A DNA stretch of 32,000 nucleotides, from the NCBI RefSeq assembly GCF_000018785.1, contig NC_010163.1:300001-332000 (forward strand). Direction: 5' to 3'. Positions 1 through 7,935 of this stretch are shown here, in pieces (positions within the stretch are counted from its first letter, which is position 1; each line of letters opens with the position of its first letter). The translations under genes were made by a program, and so were the position numbers. Below the pieces are notes generated by a model. That model was not told where the DNA came from. It saw nothing but the letters and a program-made list of their open reading frames with translations, and made no database searches. Source of the DNA: Acholeplasma laidlawii PG-8A (GTDB lineage Bacteria > Bacillota_I > Bacilli_A > Acholeplasmatales > Acholeplasmataceae).

Positions 1-75
1 GCTGCAGCTGGTAGCATTGCACATAAATATGCAGATACTACAAAAGTACTAGAAGCATACAAAAAAGCTATATAA
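1..75 (+). CDS. C-terminal fragment of a CDS starting upstream of the window (product not identifiable)
   Basis: Open frame from base 1 encodes AAAGSIAHKYADTTKVLEAYKKAI, stop TAA at 73-75, followed by a terminator-like hairpin. Confidence 0.55.
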   Translation, partial: AAAGSIAHKYADTTKVLEAYKKAI

Positions 76-82
76 TAGATTA

Positions 83-118
83 GAAAAAACTACTTTTCAT
101 CGAGAGTAGTTTTTTTAT
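83..118 (+). terminator. Intrinsic terminator
   Basis: Inverted repeat aaaaaactact ... agtagtttttt followed by a T-run. Confidence 0.7.
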
Positions 119-175
119 GAATCACTAGTATATTTTATATTCTAGTGATATGATGAGGTTAAAGGAGAACTTTTT

Positions 176-886
176 ATGACTATAAAAGAACTACAAACTA
201 TCATAGATACATCGAACTATATCGTCTTTTTTGGTGGTGCTGGAGTATCTACAGAATCTGGTATTAAAGACTTTAGAAGTAAAGATGGTTTATATAGCCA
301 AAAATTTAAAAACTACCGACCAGAAGATATCCTAAGTAGAAGTTTTTTCTTTAATCATACAAAAGATTTCTATGAGTATTTTAGACGCCACTTCTTAGAT
401 ACTGGCATTAAACCAAATAAAGCACATATGTGGCTCAAAGATGCTGAAAGTATCGGTAAAGTTAAATGTGTTATTACTCAAAATATTGATGGACTCCATC
501 AAATGGCAGGTTCAAAAAATGTAGTAGAACTCCACGGATCAGCTCACAGATATTACACAGTAAAAAAGAAACAACCTATTGATGGGTTAACCTACATTTT
601 AAATACTGAAGATATACCAGTAGATAGTGAAGGCGATCTTATAAAGCCAGATGTTGTACTTTATGAAGAACCACTTAACTCTGAAGTAGTAAGAAAAGCC
701 ATAGAAGAAATATCAAAGGCAGATACTTTAATTGTTGCAGGTACATCACTAACGGTTTATCCAGCAGCAAGTTTTATAGAATACTTTAAGGGTAAACACT
801 TAATTGTGATAAATAAAGAGTATATGCAATTTAAACACTTTATTGAAGGTCAAGTTGGTGAAATTTTAAGTCAAATTAAGTTATAA
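176..886 (+). CDS. SIR2-family NAD-dependent deacylase (sirtuin), atypical zinc region
   Basis: Sirtuin motifs GAGVSTESGIKDFR, TQNIDGLHQMAG, VVELHG, KPDVVLYEE, GTSLTVYPA. Confidence 0.9.
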   Translation: MTIKELQTIIDTSNYIVFFGGAGVSTESGIKDFRSKDGLYSQKFKNYRPEDILSRSFFFNHTKDFYEYFRRHFLDTGIKPNKAHMWLKDAESIGKVKCVITQNIDGLHQMAGSKNVVELHGSAHRYYTVKKKQPIDGLTYILNTEDIPVDSEGDLIKPDVVLYEEPLNSEVVRKAIEEISKADTLIVAGTSLTVYPAASFIEYFKGKHLIVINKEYMQFKHFIEGQVGEILSQIKL

Positions 887-892
887 GAAAAT

Positions 893-928
893 AAAAAAAG
901 TTCTCAAGCATTTACTTGAGAACTTGTT
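893..928 (-). terminator. Terminator hairpin downstream of tRNA-Gly (possibly bidirectional)
   Basis: aagttctcaag/cttgagaactt inverted repeat. On the minus strand it is followed by a long T-run (plus-strand aaaataaaaaaag). Confidence 0.7.
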
Positions 929-938
929 TATTATTTAC

Positions 939-1013
939 TGGAGCCGGTGAGCAGGATCGAACTGCCGTCTAAGCCTTGGCAAGGCCTTGTAATAACCATT
1001 ATACGACACCGAC
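939..1013 (-). tRNA. tRNA-Gly (anticodon GCC)
   Basis: Minus strand folds as a cloverleaf: acceptor GTCGGTG/CACCGGC, anticodon arm AGGCC-TTGCCAA-GGCTT, T arm GGCAG-TTCGATC-CTGCT, encoded CCA. Confidence 0.95.
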
Positions 1014-1026
1014 ATGTTGCTTTATT

Positions 1027-1055
1027 ATGATATCAAATGCATCCATACTTGTCAA
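1027..1055 (-). promoter_or_regulatory. Sigma70-type promoter for tRNA-Gly
   Basis: Minus strand TTGACA, 17-nt spacer, TATCAT, immediately upstream of the tRNA. Confidence 0.7.
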
Positions 1056-1167
1056 GCCTTATTTCAAAAAAGATTTACTTTTTTTCTAACTTATTCATTT
1101 GTAAGAATTATACCACAAATCTTTGGTAAAAAGAAACCGATAAGTTGATGTTATAATATGTATTAGG

Positions 1168-2301
1168 GTGAACACAATGAAAAAAAGACTGCGAAAAACA
1201 TGGATTTATTTTTTACTTGGAATTGTAGTAAGTTTTTTTTATGTTTTATTAATTTATGAAAACTTTTTTACACATTTAAATAAGGGCTTAAATACAGTAC
1301 CCTTTTATGTGCACATAATATATATGTTCATAGCTTTATTTCTAGCTATCTTTGCACATGAGATGGGGCACTTCATCTCATTTGTTAAACAAGGCATAAA
1401 ACCCAAGGCTTTATATGCCCTTGGTATCGCCTTTGTAAATGACAATGGACTAAAGATTAGATTCGTACCTAAATTTCTTCTGATGATTGGTGGTATCGTC
1501 ATACCTGATCACTTAAGTATTCAATCTAAGGATGAAGAAGAAACAATGGTTCATAAATTTAAAAGAGTTTTACTAGCAGGGCCTAAAGCATCTATTATAT
1601 ATGGTGTCCTCATAATATTAATCTGGATACTTTGTTTATTTACGAATATATATTGGTTAAATGGATTTTTATTCACCGTGTTGATTGTAACCTCCATCAT
1701 GACAGTGCTTGCTGTATTATCCTCTAAAGTATCTAGAGCAGGTATGTATGGAGACTTTGCAGCAGAAAAAGCATTTGATAAGGATAAACTCTTTAGATTA
1801 ACCTATCTAATCCAGTTAACAACCTTAATTGAGCACGATAAGGAAAGTATGGCATACTTTTGGCCAAGCATCGTAGAGATGCTTGAAACACAGCATCAGG
1901 CGCATTCACAGCTTTATACCAACCTTTTAGGTCAATACATATATGAGGTTGCATTTCATGGGCAAATTGCATGTCTAAGTATTGAAAAGAAGATGAACAG
2001 TTTAATTAGAAATATACCTAAAACTGAAGATGGACTTATCCTTTACTTAAATATTATCTATTACTATGAAGCATTAAATGATAGAACTAAAGTTATTCAA
2101 TTGCTTAATAACTTAAATACAGCGAAGTTTAAGGTAAGTGATAAGGTATTAACTTATTACTTAAGACTCACAAATCACTTATTAGGATTTAAAGATGAAA
2201 CGGTATTTTTAAGTCAACCTAAAAATGTACATACAAGTTCTTACCAATGGGTGTATAAACCACTAAATATTCAAGAAGAATTAAAAGGTATTGTAAAATG
2301 A
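1168..2301 (+). CDS. M50-like (site-2 protease type) membrane metallopeptidase with a C-terminal extension
   Basis: Several hydrophobic segments, HEMGH zinc-protease motif (IFAHEMGHFISF) and a long hydrophilic C-terminal region. Confidence 0.65.
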   Translation: MNTMKKRLRKTWIYFLLGIVVSFFYVLLIYENFFTHLNKGLNTVPFYVHIIYMFIALFLAIFAHEMGHFISFVKQGIKPKALYALGIAFVNDNGLKIRFVPKFLLMIGGIVIPDHLSIQSKDEEETMVHKFKRVLLAGPKASIIYGVLIILIWILCLFTNIYWLNGFLFTVLIVTSIMTVLAVLSSKVSRAGMYGDFAAEKAFDKDKLFRLTYLIQLTTLIEHDKESMAYFWPSIVEMLETQHQAHSQLYTNLLGQYIYEVAFHGQIACLSIEKKMNSLIRNIPKTEDGLILYLNIIYYYEALNDRTKVIQLLNNLNTAKFKVSDKVLTYYLRLTNHLLGFKDETVFLSQPKNVHTSSYQWVYKPLNIQEELKGIVK

Positions 2302-3047
2302 AAGATTATACGAAGATAAATCAAAAGATGTTTGATAAATGGGTAGAAGAAGGTTGGCAGTGGGGTATACCTATTACTAAAGAAGTATATGATAAAGCTA
2401 AACAAGGTATCTATGAAATATACCTTACACCCACAAAGAAAGTACCAAATGACTGGTTAAAAGATATTAAGGGTAAACATGTATTAGGTCTTGCTAGTGG
2501 GGGTGGCCAACAAATACCAATTCTACAAGCCTTAGGTGCTAAGGTTACCTGCCTAGATATTTCAGAAAAGCAATTAGAAACTGAAAAGAAATTATCTAAG
2601 GAATTTGGTTATGACATTCATCTTGTTCAAGCTGATATGACAAACCCTCTTCCTTTTCAAGATGAAACGTTTGATCTAATATTTTATCCAGTATCTAATG
2701 TATATATAGAAAAAGTAGAGCCAGTCTTTTTAGAATGCTACCGCATTTTAAAAAAAGGTGGTGTCTTACTTTCTGGATTAGATAACGGGTTTAATTTTGC
2801 TTTTGATGATGAAGACGGGAAAATCTTATTTGATCTTCCATTTAATCCGCTTAAAGACATTGAACAATATGAGTATATGGTAAAGCATGATTACGGAATT
2901 CAGTTTAGTCATACCATGGAAGAACAAATTGGTGGTCAATTAAGAGCTGGATTTAGATTAGTAGATATATATGAAGATACGAATCTATCTGGTTATCTAA
3001 AAGAAAATAACATACCTAGTTTTTATGCAACAAAGAGCATAAAATAA
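2298..3047 (+). CDS. Class I SAM-dependent methyltransferase
   Basis: Motif VLGLASGGGQQIPILQALGAKVTCLDIS, then DMTNPLPFQDETFDLI and YRILKKGG. Overlaps the preceding stop by 4 nt. Confidence 0.85.
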   Translation: MKDYTKINQKMFDKWVEEGWQWGIPITKEVYDKAKQGIYEIYLTPTKKVPNDWLKDIKGKHVLGLASGGGQQIPILQALGAKVTCLDISEKQLETEKKLSKEFGYDIHLVQADMTNPLPFQDETFDLIFYPVSNVYIEKVEPVFLECYRILKKGGVLLSGLDNGFNFAFDDEDGKILFDLPFNPLKDIEQYEYMVKHDYGIQFSHTMEEQIGGQLRAGFRLVDIYEDTNLSGYLKENNIPSFYATKSIK

Positions 3048-3052
3048 AAAAA

Positions 3053-3068
3053 AGCCTTGATGGCTTAT
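3053..3068 (-). terminator. Terminator downstream of tRNA-Thr
   Basis: Minus strand AAGCC-ATCAA-GGCTT followed by an 8T run. Confidence 0.6.
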
Positions 3069-3086
3069 TTATATACTTATTTTAAA

Positions 3087-3160
3087 TGGTGCCCAATGCA
3101 AGAATCGGACTTGCGATTCATCCTTACCATGGATGCGTGATACCACTTCACCAATTGGGC
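3087..3160 (-). tRNA. tRNA-Thr (anticodon GGT)
   Basis: Minus strand acceptor GCCCAAT/ATTGGGC, D stem GTGA/TCAC, anticodon arm CATCC-ATGGTAA-GGATG, T arm GCAAG-TCCGATT-CTTGC, discriminator A, encoded CCA. Confidence 0.95.
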
Positions 3161-3325
3161 AAATTTAACATGCAAAATGATTATATCAAACAAAGATGTA
3201 AAAATAAAGTCTTTTGTGTAAACTTTCCTAATGTATGGGATTTTAAACTAAAAGGCCTTGCAGTGCTAAAAAAATGAAATTAATGATATTTATTCATTTC
3301 AATTAAATTTAATTATGTTTTTAGG

Positions 3326-3354
3326 TTGTGTTATCAAAAATTAAAGTGTATAAT
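3326..3354 (+). promoter_or_regulatory. Promoter of cold-shock gene
   Basis: TTGTGT, 17-nt spacer, TATAAT. It overlaps the 5' end of the track ORF 3328..3603, so the CDS must start downstream. Confidence 0.6.
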
Positions 3355-3405
3355 GATTCTAGGTTTGAGAAAACCAAGAGATCTAAAGAAGGAGTATTGC
3401 ATTTA

Positions 3406-3603
3406 ATGAAAGGTACTGTTAAATGGTTCGATGCAGGTAAAGGCTACGGCTTTATCACTGCAGACAACGGTAAAGATGTATTTGTTCACTATTCAGCTAT
3501 TCAAACTGATGGTTACAAATCTTTAGCTGAAGGCGACCAAGTAGAATTCGAAATTAAGTCAGGCGATCGTGGAGATCAAGCGGCTAACGTTTCTAAAATA
3601 TAA
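3406..3603 (+). CDS. csp: CspA-family cold-shock protein (start corrected from the ORF track)
   Basis: [32 protein letters not shown] is a full-length cold-shock domain. ATG at 3406 is preceded by AAGGAG. Confidence 0.93.
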   Translation: MKGTVKWFDAGKGYGFITADNGKDVFVHYSAIQTDGYKSLAEGDQVEFEIKSGDRGDQAANVSKI

Positions 3604-3618
3604 TTCGCTTAGGTAAAT

Positions 3619-3650
3619 GTAAGAGGTTTAGAAATAAACCTCTTTTTTTT
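3619..3650 (+). terminator. Intrinsic terminator after csp
   Basis: agaggttta ... taaacctct followed by 8 T. Confidence 0.8.
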
Positions 3651-3693
3651 ATGTTTATTTTTGGTATAATCAATTGTAAGGGGCGATGCGAGA

Positions 3694-4424
3694 ATGAAGC
3701 TAGATCTATTAGAAGTGGATAAAGTCCACTTTAACGAATTAAGGGAACACGCAGATGAACAATCCTATAAAGATTTAATTCGAAATTTTATCTATCAGTT
3801 TACCTATGATTCCATCACGATTGAAGGTAAAAATGCTCTAACCAAGCTGGATGTAGAAAATTTATTAAATAAAAAGATTATCGTTACCCAATTACCAGAG
3901 CGTGAACAAAAAGAAGCTTTAAACTATCAAAATGCTTTTGAGCATGTGATGAAATTGGTATCCTCTAGAAAAGTGTTAACAGAAGATATATTGAAAGACT
4001 TACATGAAATGTTAGTTAGTGGTATATTCTTAGGTGGCCAATACCGTAAGGTAAATATTCAAATCAAACATAGTATGCATCAACCACCTGACTATGTAAA
4101 GGTCTATGACCGTATGGTAAATTCTTTTATGATTTGAAACATTTTAAAGGAACTACACTTCAAAGAGCATGTTTTGCACATGCACAAATCTTTAAAGTAT
4201 ATCCGTTCTTAGAAGGTAATGGACGTTTAGCTAGATTAGTGTTAAATTATATTCTATTATATGATGGTTATATGCCTGTATCGATTCCGGTTTCTGAAAA
4301 AGAAAATTACCTAAATCATATAGATACATTCAAAGAAGAGAAGGATTTATCGCCGTTTGTGGGATTTATTGAAAAACTCTTATTAGATGCATATGAAACC
4401 TATATAGAACAACTAGAAAACTAA
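3694..4424 (+). pseudogene. Fic-family protein, frameshifted (two ORFs 3694..4137 and 4134..4424) with degenerate Fic motif
   Basis: ORF1 carries SITIEGKN (class II inhibitory-helix-like) and LHEMLVSGIFLGGQYRKVNIQI. ORF2, in the other frame, carries VYPFLEGNGRLARL. Re-reading one T at 4125-4128 gives a continuous NSFYDLKHF junction. Confidence 0.75.
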
Positions 4425-4443
4425 AATCCTCTAGAAGGATTTT
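4423..4443 (+). terminator. Intrinsic terminator
   Basis: aaatcctctagaaggattttt hairpin with T-tail. Confidence 0.6.
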
Positions 4444-4480
4444 TGTTTTATGTGATATAATTTTTAGTAGGTGAAAAGTT

Positions 4481-5332
4481 ATGAAATTAAAAATTGGACA
4501 ATTAAATGAACTACAAGTTGTAAGAAAAACAGATATCGCGTATTTACTAAAATCAAGTGATGGCGAAGAGGTTTTCTTACATCAAAATGAATCAGATCAC
4601 AGAAAATTAGAGCCTGGACAATTTGTCGATGCCTTTTTATATTTTGACGCTAAAGGGCGTTTGGCTGCAACGCTTCATGAACCCTATGTAACAGCGGGCA
4701 ACCCCGGTGTTTTAAAAGTGGTAGCTGTTAAGCCCGGTTTGGGTGTATTCTTAGATTTAGGTATTTCAAAAGACGTCCTATTATCAAAAGATGACTTACC
4801 AGTTGATGAAAGTTTATGGCCACAAGTAGATGATCAAGTATATGTGGATTTACGTGTTAAGGCAAGATTAACTGCACGACCGATTCCTTATAATGAAATT
4901 CGTTTAATCACTGGAAATTTAAATGTAGGTGATGAAGTTTCAGGTTTTGTTCAAGTCATTGGTAATATTGGTTATTTTATATTAACAGATGAGTTTAATT
5001 TAGTATTAGTTAAAAAATCAAACGTTAGAAAAGCATACCGCTTAGGGGAAATCTTAAAGGTAAAAATTACTTATGAAACACCAAGTGGTTATGAAGGTAG
5101 TTTAATTGATTTTAAAGAAGTTGTTCGTGTAGATGATTCCAAACTCATTATGGATGTTTTAGAAAAAGAAGGCGGTAGAATGCCGTATGATGCAACAACA
5201 GATAGTGAAACCATTCAAAAGGTTTTTGGACTAAGTAGAAAATCATTTAAACGTGCATTAGGTTTATTGTATAAAGAAAGAAAAGTAAAATTTGAAGGAA
5301 ATGAAACAATTTTGGTGAAATCAAATGAGTAA
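4481..5332 (+). CDS. cvfB: CvfB-family S1-domain RNA-binding protein
   Basis: Tandem S1-like domains plus C-terminal winged-helix part (MPYDATTDSETIQKVFGLSRKSFKRALGLLYKERKV). Confidence 0.85.
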   Translation: MKLKIGQLNELQVVRKTDIAYLLKSSDGEEVFLHQNESDHRKLEPGQFVDAFLYFDAKGRLAATLHEPYVTAGNPGVLKVVAVKPGLGVFLDLGISKDVLLSKDDLPVDESLWPQVDDQVYVDLRVKARLTARPIPYNEIRLITGNLNVGDEVSGFVQVIGNIGYFILTDEFNLVLVKKSNVRKAYRLGEILKVKITYETPSGYEGSLIDFKEVVRVDDSKLIMDVLEKEGGRMPYDATTDSETIQKVFGLSRKSFKRALGLLYKERKVKFEGNETILVKSNE

Positions 5333-6749
5333 AAATAAAAAATTAGTTGAAAGCATTACATCAAGAGATGTAGACTTTAGTCAATGGTATACAGACCTTT
5401 GTCTAAAAGCAGAGTTAATGGATTATTCTAACACACAAGGGTTTATTATCTATAGACCTTTAGGATATGGTATTTGGGAAAATATCCAAAACTACCTAAA
5501 TAATGAATTTAGAAAAACAGGGCATCAAAACGTATATATGCCCATGTTGATTCCAGAAAGTTTATTCCAAAAAGAAAAGGATCACGTTTCAGGTTTTGCA
5601 CCTGAAACAGCGATGGTTACAACAACAGGGGTTGAAAACTTAAGCGAGCGCTTAATTATTCGCCCTACATCAGAAGTATTATTTGGTACACATTATAGTA
5701 AAATTGTTAAATCCTATAGAGATTTACCAAAAATGTATAACCAATGGTGTTCTGTTGTTCGCTGGGAGAAGACTACACGCCCATTTTTACGCGGTAAAGA
5801 GTTTTTATGGCAAGAAGGTCACACAGTTCATGCGACTGCTGAAGAGGCTAAAAAAGAGACACATCAAATGTTAGAAGTGTATGACAAATTAGGTAAAGAG
5901 TTACTAGCTATACCATTTGTTACAGGACGTAAGACAGATAAAGAAAAATTTGCTGGTGCACTTGAAACTTATGCGATTGAAGCATTAATGCATGATGGAC
6001 AAGCACTACAATCTGGTACATCACACTATTTTGGTAATGAGTTTGCTCATGCCTTTGATATCAAATTCTTAAATGATAAAAATGAACTAGAATATGCATA
6101 CCAAACTTCTTGGGGTGTATCTACAAGACTTATTGGCGCTATCATTATGGTACATGGTGATGACAATGGTTTAGTATTACCGCCATATGTTGCACCAACT
6201 CAAGTGGTCATTGTACCAATTAGACCAAATGAAGAAGTGCTAAGTGCTGTTAAACAAATTGAAAATGAACTATCAGATAAATTTAGAGTATTTGTAGATG
6301 ATTCTGATAAATCACCTGGATGGAAATTTAGTGAACACGAAATGAAGGGTGTACCACTACGTATCGAAATTGGTCCAAGAGATTTAGAAAACGGTCAAGT
6401 TGTTGTAACATTTAGACATAACTATGAAAAACATACAGTAGCACTTACTGATTTACATAAGTTTGTTGAAGATGGTTTAAAAACAATGCATGAAGCAATG
6501 TATCAAAAAGCATTAGAAGCTACAACAAGTAGAACTTATGAAGCGAAAAGCTATGACGAATTTAAAGCATTCTTAAAACAGGGCGGATATATTAAAATGT
6601 CAACTTGTGGCGAAGAAGCTGAAATCCAAATTAAGGAAGAAACAGGTGCTACAGCACGTGTGATCCTAGATGAACCACTACTTACAGAAAATTGTCCAGT
6701 AACTGGTAAAAAAGCTACTCAAACAATTCTTTTTGCAAGAGCATACTAA
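5325..6749 (+). CDS. proS: Prolyl-tRNA synthetase (short, archaeal/eukaryotic-like class)
   Basis: SRDVDFSQWYTDLCLKAEL, IIRPTSEVLFGTHYS, TTRPFLRGKEFLWQEGHTVHAT, TSWGVSTRLIGAIIMVHGDDNGLVLPP. Overlaps cvfB by 8 nt. Confidence 0.95.
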   Translation: MSKNKKLVESITSRDVDFSQWYTDLCLKAELMDYSNTQGFIIYRPLGYGIWENIQNYLNNEFRKTGHQNVYMPMLIPESLFQKEKDHVSGFAPETAMVTTTGVENLSERLIIRPTSEVLFGTHYSKIVKSYRDLPKMYNQWCSVVRWEKTTRPFLRGKEFLWQEGHTVHATAEEAKKETHQMLEVYDKLGKELLAIPFVTGRKTDKEKFAGALETYAIEALMHDGQALQSGTSHYFGNEFAHAFDIKFLNDKNELEYAYQTSWGVSTRLIGAIIMVHGDDNGLVLPPYVAPTQVVIVPIRPNEEVLSAVKQIENELSDKFRVFVDDSDKSPGWKFSEHEMKGVPLRIEIGPRDLENGQVVVTFRHNYEKHTVALTDLHKFVEDGLKTMHEAMYQKALEATTSRTYEAKSYDEFKAFLKQGGYIKMSTCGEEAEIQIKEETGATARVILDEPLLTENCPVTGKKATQTILFARAY

Positions 6750-6759
6750 TAACTATAAA

Positions 6760-6801
6760 AAGAAGCAGAAATATCAAATTAGATATTTCTGCTTTTATTT
6801 T
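6760..6801 (+). terminator. Bidirectional terminator between convergent genes
   Basis: aagcagaaatatc-aaatta-gatatttctgctt perfect inverted repeat flanked by A and T runs. Confidence 0.8.
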
Positions 6802-6803
6802 GT

Positions 6804-7574
6804 TTAACGCATGAATTGTACAAACTCAGACAACTGAGATGCCCAAAGTGTTTCATTATGGATGCCGCCTTCATAAACCTTATAAAATATAGAGTTTACC
6901 AGTGGTTTAATATGTTTATATATCTTTTTAGATACGTTTGTGTAATCTCTGTTTGCTTTATGATCGTTTTTACCAGATTCATTTGATCCGACTGTAATGA
7001 AATACTTTTGATGAATATCTGGTTTTAAAGTATCCAGTAAATTGTCTAAGCCGGCTGGATTCCAGGAAGCTGAGGTTGATAGACAACCAATACCGCCAAA
7101 TATATTAGGATATTTTAATCCACAATATAAACTAATTAATCCCCCTAAAGAAGAACCCATGATGTATGTATCCTCTTTATCTTTTTTGGTTTTAAATCTT
7201 ATATCAATCCAAGGCTTTAATTCTTCAACGATGAATCTTGCATACTCTTGGCCAAATACAGGTACTCTAAATTCATCAGAATAGGTTTTATAAATGGTTG
7301 AATTATCAAAGGGTGCATATTCATCCATGCGATACTTTGTGTTATCGATACCTACGATAATATGTGGTTCAATTAAACCTGCTTTAGTAAATCTTTCATA
7401 CTGTGTATGTGCATCCCAAATCTCCCCGTAAGAAGATGCTTCTTTAAAAAATAGGTTTTGTCCATCATGCATGTAGATCACTTTAAAGGGACCCTTATGA
7501 TTATCAGGTATATAAACAGATATGTTTCTTTTTTGGTTTAAGATCTTGGATGTAACTTTAAACGTTTTTATCAT
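6804..7574 (-). CDS. Esterase-family alpha/beta hydrolase (start corrected from the ORF track)
   Basis: Putative esterase features: VIYMHDGQNLF, IIVGIDNTKYRMDEY, IMGSSLGGLISLY. ATG at 7574 is preceded by an AAGGGGAAAG RBS. Confidence 0.85.
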   Translation of the reverse strand: MIKTFKVTSKILNQKRNISVYIPDNHKGPFKVIYMHDGQNLFFKEASSYGEIWDAHTQYERFTKAGLIEPHIIVGIDNTKYRMDEYAPFDNSTIYKTYSDEFRVPVFGQEYARFIVEELKPWIDIRFKTKKDKEDTYIMGSSLGGLISLYCGLKYPNIFGGIGCLSTSASWNPAGLDNLLDTLKPDIHQKYFITVGSNESGKNDHKANRDYTNVSKKIYKHIKPLVNSIFYKVYEGGIHNETLWASQLSEFVQFMR

Positions 7575-7800
7575 TTTTCTTTCCCCTTTTCTTTGGTACT
7601 GGATCGTATTTAGGCTTAAAAAGCGGATTACATGTAAGAATCCTTTTGCTGGTAAGTAAACTTGCATAAATGAAATTATGTGTCTCGTAAGCCTCTATTG
7701 CATAGTGGCTACAAGTTGGTGTGTGTCTACATTTATGAGATTTTACTGGTGATAAAGTTTTTTGGTACCAACGAATGGCTTTTATAGCATATTTTTTCAT
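7558..7800 (-). CDS. yidD: Membrane protein insertion efficiency factor YidD
   Basis: AIRWYQKTLSP...CRHTPTCSHYAIEAYETH signature. Confidence 0.93.
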   Translation of the reverse strand: MKKYAIKAIRWYQKTLSPVKSHKCRHTPTCSHYAIEAYETHNFIYASLLTSKRILTCNPLFKPKYDPVPKKRGKKNDKNV

Positions 7801-7935
7801 ATCGTATTTATTATACTATAAAAAGGGTCCTTTAAAAAATTCACATATATTTATTTATATTAAATATTGATAAAAAAATAAGGTGTGATATAATAAAAGT
7901 ACAATGTAAACGCATACATATATAAGGAGGTATTT

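Noticed and set aside
3086-3277. 63-aa ORF MVPNARIGLAIHPY... in the track
   Set aside because: Largely antisense to the well-folded tRNA-Thr(GGT) gene at 3087-3160.
3328-3405. N-terminal extension of the cold-shock ORF
   Set aside because: It lies across and downstream of a good promoter (3326-3354). The canonical MKGTVKWF start with an RBS is at 3406.
4125-4137. Programmed -1 ribosomal frameshift in the fic gene
   Set aside because: The TCTTTTATG context is not a canonical X_XXY_YYZ slippery heptamer and no downstream stimulatory structure is obvious. The motif His is also lost, so mutation or sequencing error is more likely.
7575-7667. Upstream extension of the esterase ORF (MQVYLPAKGF...)
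   Set aside because: It overlaps the yidD coding region further, and the ATG at 7574 has a strong RBS and matches the start of the esterase fold.
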